This document shows positions 1 to 13,285 of a stretch of 64,000 nt of DNA, in pieces. Within the stretch, counting starts at the first letter, position 1; each line of letters opens with the position of its first letter. The notes beneath the pieces were generated by a model, which saw nothing but the letters and a program-made list of their open reading frames with translations, did no database searches and had not been told where the DNA came from. This DNA comes from Callorhinchus milii (lineage: Eukaryota). The position numbers and the translations under genes are program-made. The stretch covers positions 81,656,001 through 81,720,000 of the forward strand of contig NW_024704743.1 in NCBI RefSeq assembly GCF_018977255.1, written 5' to 3'.

Positions 1-799
1 AATTTTTGAAGATATGTAGTGGTTAAAGGTGTGAGTTCTGGAGGGTGGGAGCAGTGATTAAAGGCTCAGCCGCTGTTGGCAGGGTAGAGGGAATGGGGGC
101 TGTGTAGCAGACCAAGTTTGCTGAGTGGAGGGGGCAAACAGAAGAGCGAGACTAATTGCAGGTGCACAGAACAATGTTGGTCAGTGCTGGATGCCTGCTT
201 TTTCATAACATTGTGACAATGAATTTTATATCAAGTTTAAAAGTTTTCAAGTTTGCTGCAGGAATCTGATAAATAAATACTGCAGCTGATTACTGCTTCC
301 TGAGTCGGCACTAAATATTCAATGTAAACAACTTTCCATTTGTTCACATTTAAACTCAGTAAAAATGTATGGATATTTTGGGTGTATGCACCCTCCAAGG
401 TTTTCCTCGTTTCCTCTTACTCATTGGTGAGAGGGCGAGTGATTGTTGAGATGTGTCTGTGCCACTCTGAACTGACCAGGAGAGATGTACAAGAGTAGAC
501 TGATGGGTTTAATCTCTATCGCTGTCTCTCTCTCTCTTTCTCTGTATAGGAGGACATTGGTGGCCTTGACTTGTGCTTATTCCCAGTAAAGACACGTCAG
601 TGGAGTGCTATTCAATTACCCTGTGGTACTTCACCCTAAACACATGTCATTGATTTAGGCTGATTTTTTAGTTTCTGAATGTCAGCAGTAAATCTGCTAC
701 GATCAAATCCTGTATCTTAATCTTAGAAAGCATTACAAAAGGATGTCTGGTCTATCCATCTCATACCTGCTTCAACTGTCTGAGCGTAACATATAAGAC

Positions 800-1585
800 G
801 ACAGAGGTAGGAAGGAGCAAGTCATTGAGGGCCTTGAAGGCAAGGATGAGGAATTATCTTCTGGGGGATGGGGATCCAATGGAGCCAGGTGAAGGTGGGG
901 GTGATAGGGTCATGTCCAGGAGAGGGCCCGAGCTGCCGAGTTCTGGATGATCTGCACCTTGTGGAAGAAAGTGTTGGCAAGGCCGACAGGCAGGGAATTG
1001 GTGTAGTCGAGCCTAGATGTGATAAATGCATGATTGAAGGTTTCGACGGCCTGAGGGGAGAGGCAGTGGCGGAGCCAGGCTATGTGGCAGAGGTGGTGGA
1101 AGGCAGAGCAGGTCATGGCACAGATGTGCGGTACAAAGGACAGTTGAGGGCCAAACAAGATGTCAGGGTTCCAGATTGGCTTAGTGAGTTGGAGAGTGTA
1201 TCCATAGATGGTGATACTGCCAGTGCCTGAGGTGTGGAGGCACTGGTGGGAGCCAATCAGGAGGGCCTCGGTCTTATTGATGTTCGTCTGGAGAAAGTTA
1301 GCTCTCATCCAGGACTTGATGTCTGACAGACTTTCCATCAGGACAGCAATGTCCTGGAGTTGAAGGTGGAGGTAGAAACATTGAGTTGGGTGTCATTTGC
1401 ATTCATGGAAGTTGACCCCATGTCTGTGGATGATATCACCAAGAGGGAGCGTGTACATGTTGAAGAGGAGGGGACCAAGGACAGAGGAGGGGACCAACGC
1501 TGCACAAGACAGTCACCTGAAGGAGAAGCTGTTTGTGGAGACAAAGTGGAGATGGCAGCAGCCAGGTGCGCACTGAAGTGATGCA
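800..1585 (-). mobile_element. L2-clade LINE ORF2 (RT C-terminal half) fragment, frameshifted
   Basis: ORF 910..1338(-) reads LSDIKSWMRANFLQTNINKTEALLIG...HAFITSRLDYTNSL...QIIQNSAARAL, typical L2 RT/thumb sequence. A degenerate (Y)ADDTQL motif (NANDTQL) lies near 1380-1400. Confidence 0.93.
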
Positions 1586-1803
1586 CAACAATTGTGGATT
1601 GAGTGACGTGGATTGAGTGACCAAATTTTTTTTATTACTTCCGGAAAAGCAACCCCTTATTGTCTAACAACTGAATTCCTACTTACTGCTAGGTAAACAG
1701 ATGTGTGCAGTGCAATGAAACTTGGCTAAGATTTCATCCTGCCTGGGAATCAAACCCAGGTCATCTTGCTTGCAAGATGAGTGCTCTAACCAATACGTTA
1801 CAG
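1585..1803 (-). mobile_element. Older (long-form) tRNA-Ala-headed SINE, 5' part
   Basis: Reverse complement of the tRNA head at 1717-1803, plus the central ctgtttacctagcagtaagtaggaa motif shared with the copies at 12265, 20885 and 52941. Confidence 0.8.
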
Positions 1804-2155
1804 TAAGGGTTTTGAAGGAAGCAGGAAACCCAGGCATGCAAAGTGGATTTGTCTGAAACCAATTTTTGAGTAAATAAAACAAAGTAAATAGCATTCAACA
1901 TATTGGGGCGAAAAATGTGCTATGTGTACACACTGCCCACAATTGTGATCCAAACTAGTTTTTAATTATAATCTAGTTTTCTGTGAGTGATGAATACAAT
2001 GGTGGCTAATAGCGTTTTCTGCTTGTTTCAGGTCACAACACCTGAAGTTGGAGTTCACACCCTAAACCAGTCAATAAATAGAGAATGCTATTATTGTAGT
2101 AATTTTCAGCGCTACTCATGATAATTATCACATTACAATTTTCACCTTCCACATT

Positions 2156-2660
2156 GAACATACGAACCTAAGAATTTACTAGGCGAAAGAAGATGAAAGT
2201 CTATCTAGTTCGCTTTCCATCATCTTAGTTATCTAATCGCTCCTCATAGTCCAATCCCTCCATCCCTTCAATTATTTCGGTTACCCTCCTCTGTATCCTC
2301 TCAATTGCTGTAATATCCTTTTAATATTGCGGTAACCAGAAAAGCACACACTATTCCAAGTGCGGTCGCACCAATGGTTTATAAAGTGGCAGGATCTTCC
2401 CACTATTTCGGCTCAATATTGTCCTTTCACTACAACCCAGCATCTGGTTTGCCTTATTCACTGCTACCAAGCACTGTTATGATAGCTTCAATTTATTGTC
2501 AATCAGGATTCCCAGGTCCTTTTCATTTTCCGTACAGATTATTTTCTTACCATTTAAATAATAGTCCCATTCTGGATATTTTGGCACCATGTGAACACTT
2601 TGCATTTTACTACATTGAATTTCGTCTGCTATCATTCTGCCCAATTCCCAAGAATTGTCA
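2156..2660 (-). mobile_element. CR1-clade LINE 3' fragment
   Basis: Minus strand encodes YYLNG...ENEKDLGILIDNKL and LYKPLVRPHLE.CV.FW...KDITAIERIQRR, the CR1 ORF2 C-terminus. A CR1-like tail lies at 2156-2215. Confidence 0.88.
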
Positions 2661-2749
2661 CATTGTTGCATTTAGTTTTAAAATTCAGGACCACCACAAA
2701 GAGATCTGTTATAACATGGTGGTCTGGGTCCATAAATTCAGACCCCTGC

Positions 2750-3065
2750 ATTGATAAACGTATGAAAGGACGGCTGCTTTTCAAGAAGATGCTGATAATT
2801 TGTTTTGGGTCTGTCAGGACACTTGCAAAAACCCATCACCATGCTTAAGAGCACCCAAACCAAACTGAGAGTTCCACATATGTATGCCACCCACATATTA
2901 AGTTTTCTGTGTCTGGAATGGAAAGTGCATTCTCTCCTTGGAAGGACTCAACATACTACCTCTTTCTGGAAAGGTTCAGGTTGGGAAGAACCAAGGCTTG
3001 GGGACGCGAGAGTGTGCATTGGGGTACTGCTGGAGTTTAACCAGCTAAAGCCGCATAACTTACCA
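2750..3065 (+). repeat. Unclassified old interspersed repeat, copy 1 (homologous to 59990-60300 on the minus strand)
   Basis: Shared blocks such as ttaagagcacccaaaccaaactgagagtt vs ttaagagtatccaaaccagactgagagtt, and ggtactgctggagtttaaccagctaaa vs ggtactgctgaatttcaaccagctaaa. Confidence 0.8.
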
Positions 3066-4514
3066 TTCAGAACACTGCCTGGCAAGCTGCATAACCCATT
3101 TGCCCAATGTACAGTATTATCTTTCCACTGGTCTCATCCTAACATGTCTTATTTCAGAGAGACATGACCCTTCTCTCAAAGTGTTCCCTCTGGATATACT
3201 GTTATCCCTCTGCCACTGCAATGAACCTTGTCACCTCTTTCTGAGGGTTTGCAGTGCACCACAAGTTAAATGATGTGGTTGCACAGCTTCCACTCAATGG
3301 TCAGCTAAATTGGCCTGGCAGGGAGTGAGTGTAACCATAACATAACCGGCTTTAGTCTGTGTGCTAAAAGACAACCTTCGGTATCTGGGAGGCTCATTCC
3401 TCACTAATTTCTGGTTCTGTGCATAATTTTTCCCACATGAAGCATAGAAGCATTTTCTGTACCCCAATTCCATTAACGGTTTTCAAGGAAAACATTTCAG
3501 AATGAAGTCAAAGTTTTCCTGGTAGTTTTAATTCATCCACTTTACATAATAAAAATATCAAGGTCTACCTCATTTCTTTGACCCTGTGAAAACACACTGG
3601 CATTTAACAATGATGCCCTCAGCATCAATATAATTATAAGAGAGGCTCCAGGTTAACACTGAGCAAATCATAGTCGAACAATTTTTCTGTAGATATTAAA
3701 AGCCGAAAATGATGGCCAAAAATAACATGGTGCATGGTTTTGGAAATGCAAACCTTGGAACGATGTGAAGAGCTCTGGTGGGGATTAAATGGGAAGAAAA
3801 ATTGTAAAATGAAACATGTAAAAATTGATATTACAATAAGCCTATTTTAAGGGAGCTGGAATAAAAATACCATTCCTATGAGAGAAAAAGGAAACCTAGC
3901 AAGATCGAGACAAAATTTGGCTGTGTTAGGAACTAAAAACCTAACTGAAAGCCAAACAGAGATGGTTCAAACAAATAATGGTAATATAGAATAATAATCC
4001 TTGCATTTGATATAACGATTTCATGTTGGGAGGATGTCTCGAAACGCTTTACAGGTTATACTGGAGTGGAGTGACTGTATTTTGTGAGTGAATTAAAATA
4101 AAGTGATGTAAAACACTAAAGGTATTTGAGAAAAACTAAAAGAAGCATTAGAGGAAGGAAGAATATGATGGATAGGTACATTTGTAGAGAGTAGCAGGGA
4201 AAGATCCAATATTGTAGCCTTGGAAGCAGTAGCTGTGTGTTTAAATACTGATGGTTCACTCAAGGGATGAAGTTAATACATAGAAAGCAAGTGTGTTCCT
4301 TTGTTCCATAATTTGTTACATCATACAAAAAACTCCTCATACTGTATAGAATGTCCAACAGATAACTAGACAAATTTTTTTTTGCAATTTTACGACAACT
4401 TATTCTTTTTTGTTTCAGTCTCACACATACAAAAACACATTACCATGTTTAAAGCTTATCCAGATCAGTGTGTAACCTACACATGGAAATTTCTCTGGTA
4501 TTTAGGATGGAATT

Positions 4515-4804
4515 ATAATAATAATAATTCTTGCAGTTGATATAGCGCCTTATCATGTCTTCTAGATTTCTTAAAGCGCTTCAGAGAATATACTGTAAAG
4601 TGAATTGACTATATTTTTGTGGGCAAAAAGCGGCAGCCAATTGTGCACAGCAGTGTCCCACAAACAGTCATGGATTGAAATCACCAATTTTTTTAAGGAA
4701 TTATTATCCCGGAAAAGCGATCCGCCAATTGACTAACAACTGGGTTGTTAAATAGGTAAATAGAGGCGTATGGACTAAGGAAACTTGCCCAACATTTTGC
4801 CCTG
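4515..4804 (-). mobile_element. Long-form tRNA-Ala SINE, head mostly lost
   Basis: (AAT)n tail, shared 3' body, and the central motif up to aaggaaacttgcccaa. Confidence 0.85.
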
Positions 4805-5271
4805 TTGGGAGGGCTGCACCCTGTTTACCAAATTCTGTAGAGTTTTTGGATTAGGTTGGTGAGAGCAAATGCTTGGAGACTGAGAGTTGAGGCACTGCTA
4901 AGGTTATTGACAAGTAAGCTTCCAGCTGCTTCTATAGGAAAATGCAGCAGAAAGTTTCTAGAAATAGCCATGAGGTGAATGATCTGGAGACCTGTTGGCC
5001 AGGACGCTATGAGAATCTCCTTTCTCTTTTTCATACTTGATGTATACACAAGGATGAACGGAATAGAGGTAAAGGGAATAGGAGGGATGTAGGTAGGGGC
5101 TGCAAACCTAGTGCTCTTTCAGGATTCCAAGATTTCAGGATTTTAATGCCCCAAATCCTGGGATCCCAAATCTTACATCATCCAGAACACTTACGGTCAT
5201 TCTTTGCACCAGTGGGGCACTTTAGAGAGAGCTTCCCTCCATGGGGAGGGGATCAGGGAGGTTTAATGCAC

Positions 5272-5385
5272 GATTGGCTGCTGCGTTTTGCCCACAAATA
5301 TACAGTCAATTCACTTTACAGCATATTCTGTGAAGCACTTTGAGACGTCTAGAAAACGTGAAAAGCGCTATATCAATTGTAAGGC

Positions 5386-5419
<34 letters not shown>
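5272..5419 (+). mobile_element. SINE 3' half with (ATT)n tail
   Basis: attggctgctgcgttttgcccacaaatatacagtcaattcactttacag...gcgctatatcaa followed by an ATT repeat. Confidence 0.88.
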
Positions 5420-5420
<1 letters not shown>

Positions 5421-8239
5421 AACACCCACCAATCTGCTCTTGTTGACTTGTTCTCAAAGCAATGTATAACCCGCTTCCACCTGAGCAGAAACCCCAGGAT
5501 TTTGGGAGCACCATTACCATAGAGGATCCCAGAATTGGGATTCCTTGGATTGCACTTCGAGGTGAAGGCTTGTGTGGAGTATAAACACTGTCATGGACTA
5601 GTTGAGCCAAATGGACTGTTTCTTTGTGGTATCACTCTATGTAACTCTATGCCCTGGGATTTCTAATGTCCATTTGAAAAACAAGCAGAGTTTAATGACT
5701 CATTTGAAAGATAACACCTCCGACAATGCAGCCCTCAGTAATGCACTGGAGTGTTAGTCTATAGTATAGGCTCAAATTCTTATGTGGGGCTTGAAAGTAA
5801 ACAATCCAGAGGAAATACGTAGCTTTTCTGGTGTCTTGTCTTGGGAAAAAAGAATCTTATGATTTTGAACTGTGTTTTTAACCTGAACCCCATGAATATC
5901 ATCCTTTTGCGTAGGACCTCGGCTTGGACTGAGATAGCCTCAGAGTCATGATTCAATAAAACAAATGTAATTTGCTTGATATCTTCCTTAATGTTGCTCT
6001 AGTTTTCTAATGTTGGCCTCTGTGCAATATGCTAAGGTGATACAGTGGACAGATTCTTACAGGTGTTAAGTAATAAAAGGCCACACTTTGGCTTCCAACA
6101 TATTCCAAGCTGAAGATTGCTAGCCATCCTTTTTACGGCCTCAAAGTTTCTTCAGCTCTTGTGAATCTCCTCTGCTTTGGCAGTTGAACACAATTTCATC
6201 ATCGGTAGTTTTAGTCACTACAAGGAATCATTTCTGATCTCTCACCAATTCATTTTAATGGTGCTCAATTGAACACAATTCTGTCTCCACTATTCTGTCC
6301 CTCAGACCTCCCCTCTTGTGTTTGGATTGAGTGGAGTAGAGGGGGGAAGTAATGCCAATTATGAGTAATAAGGACCTCCTGGCTATGGTATTATTCACAA
6401 TCAAGTCCACCTCCTGCTCTGGGAAACTGCCCTTCCTGCTTCTTTATGACACAGATTCCACTTTCTGACCAGTTCCACCTGCGCTATAACCACATAGTCA
6501 TGAATATAAGTCAAGGGTCTCATTTCCTGCTTGCTTATAGGGGTTTAACTATGCAACAGTTGGAATATGTTAACTTACCATTGAAGCTTAGTTCAAATGC
6601 AGTGGACTGGAATACACATCATTAACTGGTTAATGGTAAAAGTATGCCCTTAATGACAAAGGCTGTCTAAAGTACCTTTACACCTGACAATGGGAATATA
6701 CGCCATCCTCACTCTCCCTTTTTTCTGTATAATTGATTCCTTATTGCAATCATATGCAAAACTAAAATTGTTTTACCACCAAAGTCTGAAAACAGTGCAT
6801 TTTATCCAATCATTTGAATTGTTCAGATTTTAATATTTAATGAATCTCAAAATCATTCCGAGACAGAGAGAATGGTAATTATGACCTGATGAAATGTACA
6901 CACGATTGACAAAAATATCATTCAGAAAGGATAAGGATAAAGGATAAAAGCATTTTAAAACTGATTTCTTAATGTTTATTGCACATGTTTTTAATTACAG
7001 TGTTGGAGGGCGAGAGTCAAAATTCATTCATCCTGCTATCAATGGGTTGCATATGGCTAGCTAGAGAAGTTATCACTAGTACATAATCTATATTAACTTC
7101 AGCGCTCTGGGAAAGGAACTGGGTTAAGAATAGAGCTTGCTGAAACGTGCATAAGATCAGTCGCAGCTGCCTGCTGCAGATCCCATGGTTTGCAGTGCAA
7201 AGATCAGCTTCTGTTATGAAATAGGGTCACATCCTTGTACCTCGCAAACCAGATGGGACATGAAAGCGGTTTCTGTTTGACCCAGTGACTGTGCACTTTT
7301 AAACCACACGTGTGGCAGTGCCAGCAGTCTATTTCTCCCATGACCCAATGCTAGAATTGCCTGCCACTCGCATGTGGTTTCCTTGTTAAAATATGGTTAG
7401 GAAATGAATAAATGACTTGTAAGCAGTGCCTTTCAGAAAAAATAAACCATTTCATGACTGTCACACTGTGGTTTATTTTTCAATGAACCAGGGCGCACTG
7501 TCATTTATCTCTATTTATGTCATAGTGGGGCCATGCTTTATTTCTGGTGGTTTATTTTTATGTCATGCTATTTTAATAGTTCTAGCCTGACCTCTTGATT
7601 GTGAATGCATAGACTATATTGAGACCATTGTTCATTACAAGATAAGCTTTAGTCACCCCTACTGATTCCCACACCATAGCTCCCAGCCCAGCTCTACTCC
7701 CACAGGCAATCCCTCCAGATGATTCAACTCTTCTCAGCCCACTGACTTGAGCAACTTCCTCACCCAAACATCATAAACTTCAATTTCCTGACACGATTCC
7801 TTTCTACAAAACACAAAATAAACAAAATACAATTCTTTTTAATTTTATATAAAAAATACAAAATACATTTTTATATAAAATAAAATGTAAATAAAGTGTA
7901 CATAAAAAATTGTATAAAATAAATATTTTTAAAATTTTATACAAATAAGGGAAAAATACAATATATACAATCCACTTTACAGAATATTTTATGAAGCACT
8001 TTGAGAAATCTTAACGATGTGATAAGAAGCTATATTAGATGCAAGAATTATTATTATATACCCCCATACAGCCTTAGCCTAACTCACAGGCATCCTCAAA
8101 ACGGCATCATCCTTAAAGTGTCAGTCACAACTGCTTCTGGCTCTCATCCTGTCTCAAGCATTATCCCAACTGATTATCTCTACCTTCTGATTTGCATTGC
8201 CCCTACTCAGGTCAAGGCTGTCATTAGTCAGACCACTTT

Positions 8240-8450
8240 GCAGTCAAGGGGAAGCAGCTTCAGGGTTGCAAAGGGCACGTTCGGGACAAACACCAAGAAG
8301 TACTTCTTTACCCAGAGGGTAATTAATAAATGGAATAGGTCACCAGGAAGGGAGCTTGAGGCCAGGATACTGGACTCATTGAAAAAAAAGCGTGATGTTG
8401 TAATTCGGTATTCTAAAAGAATAAGACCAAATGGGCTGTGTGATTGTGTC
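8240..8450 (+). mobile_element. CR1 LINE extreme 3' fragment
   Basis: Encodes SRGSSFRVAKGTFGTNTKKYFFTQRVINKWNRSP...LDSLKKKRD, matching the CR1 ORF2 terminal RGH...FF.QRV...WN.LP motif. Confidence 0.85.
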
Positions 8451-10139
8451 CCTCATTCTAAGTGCCAATGTTGTAGTAATTTTTGAAAGGGGCTGAACCT
8501 GCTAGGAAGGCCTTATATCAAATGCAAGGATTATTATTATTATATTATTGTTATCTGTTTTCAATGATGGCAGAGGAAGATTTGATCATTCTACTACTAC
8601 TCTTTACAGGCTTTATTGTAAACAACAATAACAACTTCCTGTGTAGTAATGGGAATGAAAAATATAAAAGTTCATAATCAATTTCAAATTATTACATCAC
8701 ATCATTGCATTTTCTCATTAATTTCTAACAGCTGGTTTAACAACTGAACATCCCCCCCCCTGCATTTAGCTCAAATCATTTGCTCCTTATGCAGATTTGA
8801 AAAAAAGGTCTGCCACTACTTTGGATATATTCTATTCAAAGGATTCCAATTGTGTTAAGTCAGTATCCTATGCCTACCTACACTCAATATTCATTTTTGA
8901 TATAGAATGGAGAATACTATGGGTCAACTTAAATGTTGGAAGGGAGAGGAGAGGAAGGGAATCCTTGCAAGAATTGGGAAAATCTTTAAATAGACTGTGC
9001 AGAATACTAGTTTTATGATTCTTCTGCAAACAGTGGCTGAAAAATGATCTTAACAGTAATAATTTTAAGTTAAAAATCAGGTTATAGTGACAATTAATCC
9101 AAAGAAAAATCCTCTCTTTTTATATTAAAAACAAAGTAGTCAATGATTCAATTCTGTTTTTTTGTCAATTGACAATGACAAAAAACCATTGTCCAGAAAT
9201 TGGAAAGGTGTTTAATCCAAACCTCTTAAGGATACGTTTTTTTAGGACACAAAACAACCATATTTTCTGCACCTGTGAATAATTGTTATTCTTGTATTCA
9301 CCCACGCCCATATTATGTGTCAAGGAAGGTTCATAATTGGGTTCCTTCCTATGGTGGGGTTTCTGTAGATTTTCAAAGCTTCACATGTATGTAAACTAGT
9401 TTTTAAAAGGGCTATAAATATTCCTCTACACACGATTACGCGATTCATCTATACATTTTTAAATAAAAATATAATGCAAAAGTGCTGATCCATAATTCTC
9501 TAAGTAATGAGAATTTACTTTTATTTTCAAGCTTTGATTTTCAAGGACTTGCATTCCTTATACTGTCAGCATCTATATATCATTGTGTATTCTATTGTGC
9601 CGATTTGTGGAGCAAACTGCACACAATAAACATTTTGTACAGGTTCTCTCAAGCTGTCGAAACAATAGGATCTTTGCTTTGGGATGCAGAATTTTCCCTT
9701 AGTTGTGTTCCTTGTTACCCTGTGTGCTTTGTTATATTTGTACTCGGGTATAGTGGAGAGAGGGGGGTGATGGTGGCTGAAGGTACTACAGAGGTTTCAG
9801 CAGCCATGGATCCAGACCACTGCCAAGGTCCCATGGCAATTCAGACTGCCTCAAAATGCATAATTCACAAGAGAAGCCAGGGAAATTGTTAGTTACCCAA
9901 CATGATTTTGTTCCTGGCATTGTTATAGAGAGGCTGCATAGAATGCTTTGTGACATATATATACAAGAGAATTGCCCTTGGCTTCTTCACACCCAACTTC
10001 CACAGTTCACTTAAGTAAGAAGTGTTTCACACTATTCTTAGTAGACCTATATCCATTATCTCACCAGTATTAACTGGATATTAACTGCTCAATAGTACAG
10101 AAAACTCTTACTGAAGGGATATAAGAAGGCAATGCCACA

Positions 10140-10572
10140 GGCAACTTTCACAGTAAGAAATAAATATCCTTGCAATTGACATAGTGTTGTTGAAAAATGT
10201 CAGAGCAGGATTTACTGTAACGTGCAGTGATACTGTACTTATAGACAAATGGGGAAAACAATTTGTGCACAACTGTGTCCCATAAATAGCCATGAATGTC
10301 CAATTTTATCTGGTGGATTATTGGCCAGAACACTGGGAGAAATTCCTTTCTCTTTTCTAATAGTATCAAAGGATTTTTAATGTCCACCTGAAAAGGGAGA
10401 TACGATCTTGGTTTAACTTATCATCCATACATCGACACCTCTGATAAATCAGCATTTCCCCAGTATTGTACTTGAGTGTCAAGCTAGACTGAGCTCAAGT
10501 CCGAACCTGGTGCTTGAACTCACAACTTTCTGATCCAGCAGTGAGCATGATATCCACTGAGTCAGGCTGACA
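10140..10572 (-). mobile_element. Deu-domain SINE (SacSINE1/AmnSINE1-like), near full length
   Basis: tRNA-like head at 10500-10570, Deu-like core (ggatttttaatgtccacctgaa...acctctgata...gagtgtcaagctaga), and the shared 3' tail. Confidence 0.85.
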
Positions 10573-10749
10573 CTTGACAGTTAGAGCTGCTGCTGGAAGA
10601 GATACGACAATCAAGGATTCCTATTAAGCACATATCTGATCTTGTATATCTACTTAAGAGCATTCCCTTCTCTTCCTCAATACTCTTCTCCTCTCTTGAA
10701 GTTGTCTGTAATGCAAAATGTCAGGAATCAAAAGAACACTCCACTAACA

Positions 10750-10864
10750 TCGCCCACAAATATACAGTCAATTCACTTTACAGTATATTCTGTGAAGCGC
10801 TTTGGGACGTCTAGAAGACGTGAAAAGCGCTATATCAAATGCAAAGGATTATTATTATTATTAT
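10750..10864 (+). mobile_element. 5'-truncated young SINE (TAGAA-loop tail)
   Basis: Near-identical to the 3' 115 bp of the SINE at 48761-49089. Confidence 0.9.
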
Positions 10865-10944
10865 AATATCTCCAAATCAATGTAGTGAGTGGGACTGAGT
10901 GTCTTTATAGAATTATTTAACCTTACTCTGATTATGACTGCACA

Positions 10945-11216
10945 CCCTCCGCTCAGTGAGCTCCGACCTGCTTCACGTCCCCCGCCTTGCCCGCCCCACT
11001 ATCAGCAGGCAGGCCTTCCGCCACTCTGCACCCACCCTCTGAAAATCCAGTCCCTCCGTCTCGCCCCCTCCCTCGCCACCTTCAAAATCCACCTCAAGAC
11101 CCTCCTTTTCGACAGTGCTTTCGATCTCCCTGCTTCCCCCCCGCCCTCCACCCTCCCCGACCCTCAGCTCGGGTCCGTAACTCCTCCCAACGTGAAAGAT
11201 GCTTTACAAATGTAAT
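10945..11216 (+). mobile_element. L2 LINE 3' end
   Basis: Encodes QSLRLAPSLATFKIHLKTLLFD, followed by a C-rich 3' UTR and the cccaacgtgaaagatgctttacaaatgtaat tail. Confidence 0.88.
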
Positions 11217-11499
11217 TATTACATTGTAGTGCCCTGTTCATACTGGTGCAAAGTTTTATGGGATGCTGTGGAATAATAATATTAATATAGTAATTCTTGC
11301 ATTTGATATCACGCTTGATGGTAATAAGCCACAATTCACAATAAACATGTGGTAACATTACCCCACACAGGATTCTAGCAGCCTGCCTGTAAATGTTGTG
11401 TTATGTGATAAGGGAATTTAACTCTCTGACCTTGCCAGGCTACCAAATGAAAACTGTTCTTTGAAGGTGGAATTAGGATGGAGGTGTAAAAGCGATCTA

Positions 11500-11850
11500 A
11501 ATTAATAATCCTTGCATTTGATCTTGCACCTTTAATGTCAGTTTCAAAGTGGTTCACAGGTAATTGCTGTTGAGTCCAGTGACTATGTATGGTGAATATA
11601 CAGCAGCACATAGCAAGGTGCCACAAATGACTAAGAAATGAGTAATGCATTTATCTGGAGGATTATTGACCAGGAGAAAATCACTTCTCTTTTCAAATAC
11701 TTTAATGTTCACATGAACAAACAGGACAGACTAAAGATGATTTAGTGCTTCCCGAATACTGCACGATAGTGTCATCTTAGCCTGCCAGTAAAAAGTGCTG
11801 ATGTGAGGTTCGTATCCATAATCCTCTGAAACAGATAGTACACCTTTACC
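11500..11850 (-). mobile_element. Degenerate Deu-domain SINE
   Basis: aataatccttgcatttgat tail, diverged body and diverged head. Confidence 0.65.
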
Positions 11851-12264
11851 GAAAGAAAGACTCAACAACAACAATAACAACTTGCATTTATATAATTCCT
11901 TTCATGTAGCATAATCTCTCAGGGGCTTCATAGTTTTGGGGTGTGGAGAATTGGATGGTGAGCAAGGGAAAAGTGCAAGGGGATAGTAACAAAAGGGAGT
12001 TCCAGATGTTAGAGGCAGAATTCACTGGCAGTGCAATGAATACTGAAACAGTGGGATAGGCTTCAAAATGGTATTTAAAGACAGATAGTAGAAGCGAAGC
12101 AGAGGAGTAGAGGCAGGGAGTTCCAAACATTAAGAGGCGTAATGACTGAAGACTTATCTTTTCTGACATGATAACGTCCCCAAATATTAAATGTTTGTGA
12201 GGGAAAGTGGTTGGAGTGATGAGCGGTTGGAGGTTGGGGCCATATCTTTGCCTTAGTGGATCCA

Positions 12265-12618
12265 CTGGAGTCCTATAGCTCAGTGGTTAGAGCATTCGCC
12301 TCACAAGCAACAGCACCTGAATTTGATTCCTGGCAGGGCGAAACAATGGGCAAGTTCCTTACTCCACATGCCTCTGTTTATCGAGCAGTAAGCAGGAACC
12401 CAGTTGTTAGTTGATTGGCGGATTGCTTTTTAGGAAGTAATAATTCCTTAAAAAAAATTTCAAAATGATTTGGTCACTCAATCCATGACTGTTTGTGGGA
12501 CACTGCTGTGAGCTTTACACCCACAGGATATACAGTTAATTCACTTTGCAGTGTATCCTGTGAAATGCTTTTAGATGTCTCGAAGATGTGATAAGGCGCT
12601 ATATCAAATTATTATTAT
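12265..12618 (+). mobile_element. Long-form (older) tRNA-Ala SINE, full length
   Basis: Head tggagtcctatagctcagtggttagagc..., an extra central segment (ctgtttatcgagcagtaagcaggaacccagttgttag...) absent from the young copies, and the shared tail. Confidence 0.9.
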
Positions 12619-13285
12619 AATCCAGACTGCAAAAGTCAACATGTCCTTCATTATCCAGGAAATTCAGGAAGCTCCCCAAAGTCACAGTAGTATTGTACAT
12701 CTGCACATCGATAACAGCAAGTCCACTTAGCCACAAAGGCTTGGAATCCCAGTTGTAAAATTGGTGAAATTTTGAGAAGAAAACATTTAATTGTAACCAG
12801 TGACCTGATCTTTTCCCAAGGGCATGTTTAAACTGGTATTGTAACTGAGTTTGCTCATTCAGATCCAGTGTAAAGTTGGAGCGAGAGTTGGAAAGATTAA
12901 GTAAGAATGTCAGAATTGTTACAGAAGGGAGACTCAGATAGACAGATAGCAGTGACAGTGCAGTGAATTATAGGAACAATGCTGAGAGATGCTTGTAATA
13001 CTGTACAATGTGTTTTGTGAAATGGTCTGATATCTGCACTGTTCATATTCACAATGGGGTTGGTCCCAATTAATGGATTAATGGGGATATCAGCCTCTCT
13101 ACTGTAACCCAATCTACAAAGCATTGAGTGGTCTGTATTCTTGCATATTGAGCGAACAAACAATTTGAACCTACAGGCGGTATTGTGCATTACTAATCAA
13201 AGTCCTGATTGTGAAGTGATACCTGCTTTGAAGTGTTACTTACAAGATCTGAGATCAAAGAGGAACTTTGAGGTTGTATTGCAAG

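Noticed and set aside
1905..2149. Possible MITE with ggggcgaaaaatgt / acaattttcacctt ends
   Set aside because: Only about 10/14 terminal match and no TSD seen, which is too weak to call.
7805..7970. AT-rich segment with apparent repeats and palindromes
   Set aside because: Low-complexity A/T sequence in which such matches are expected by chance.
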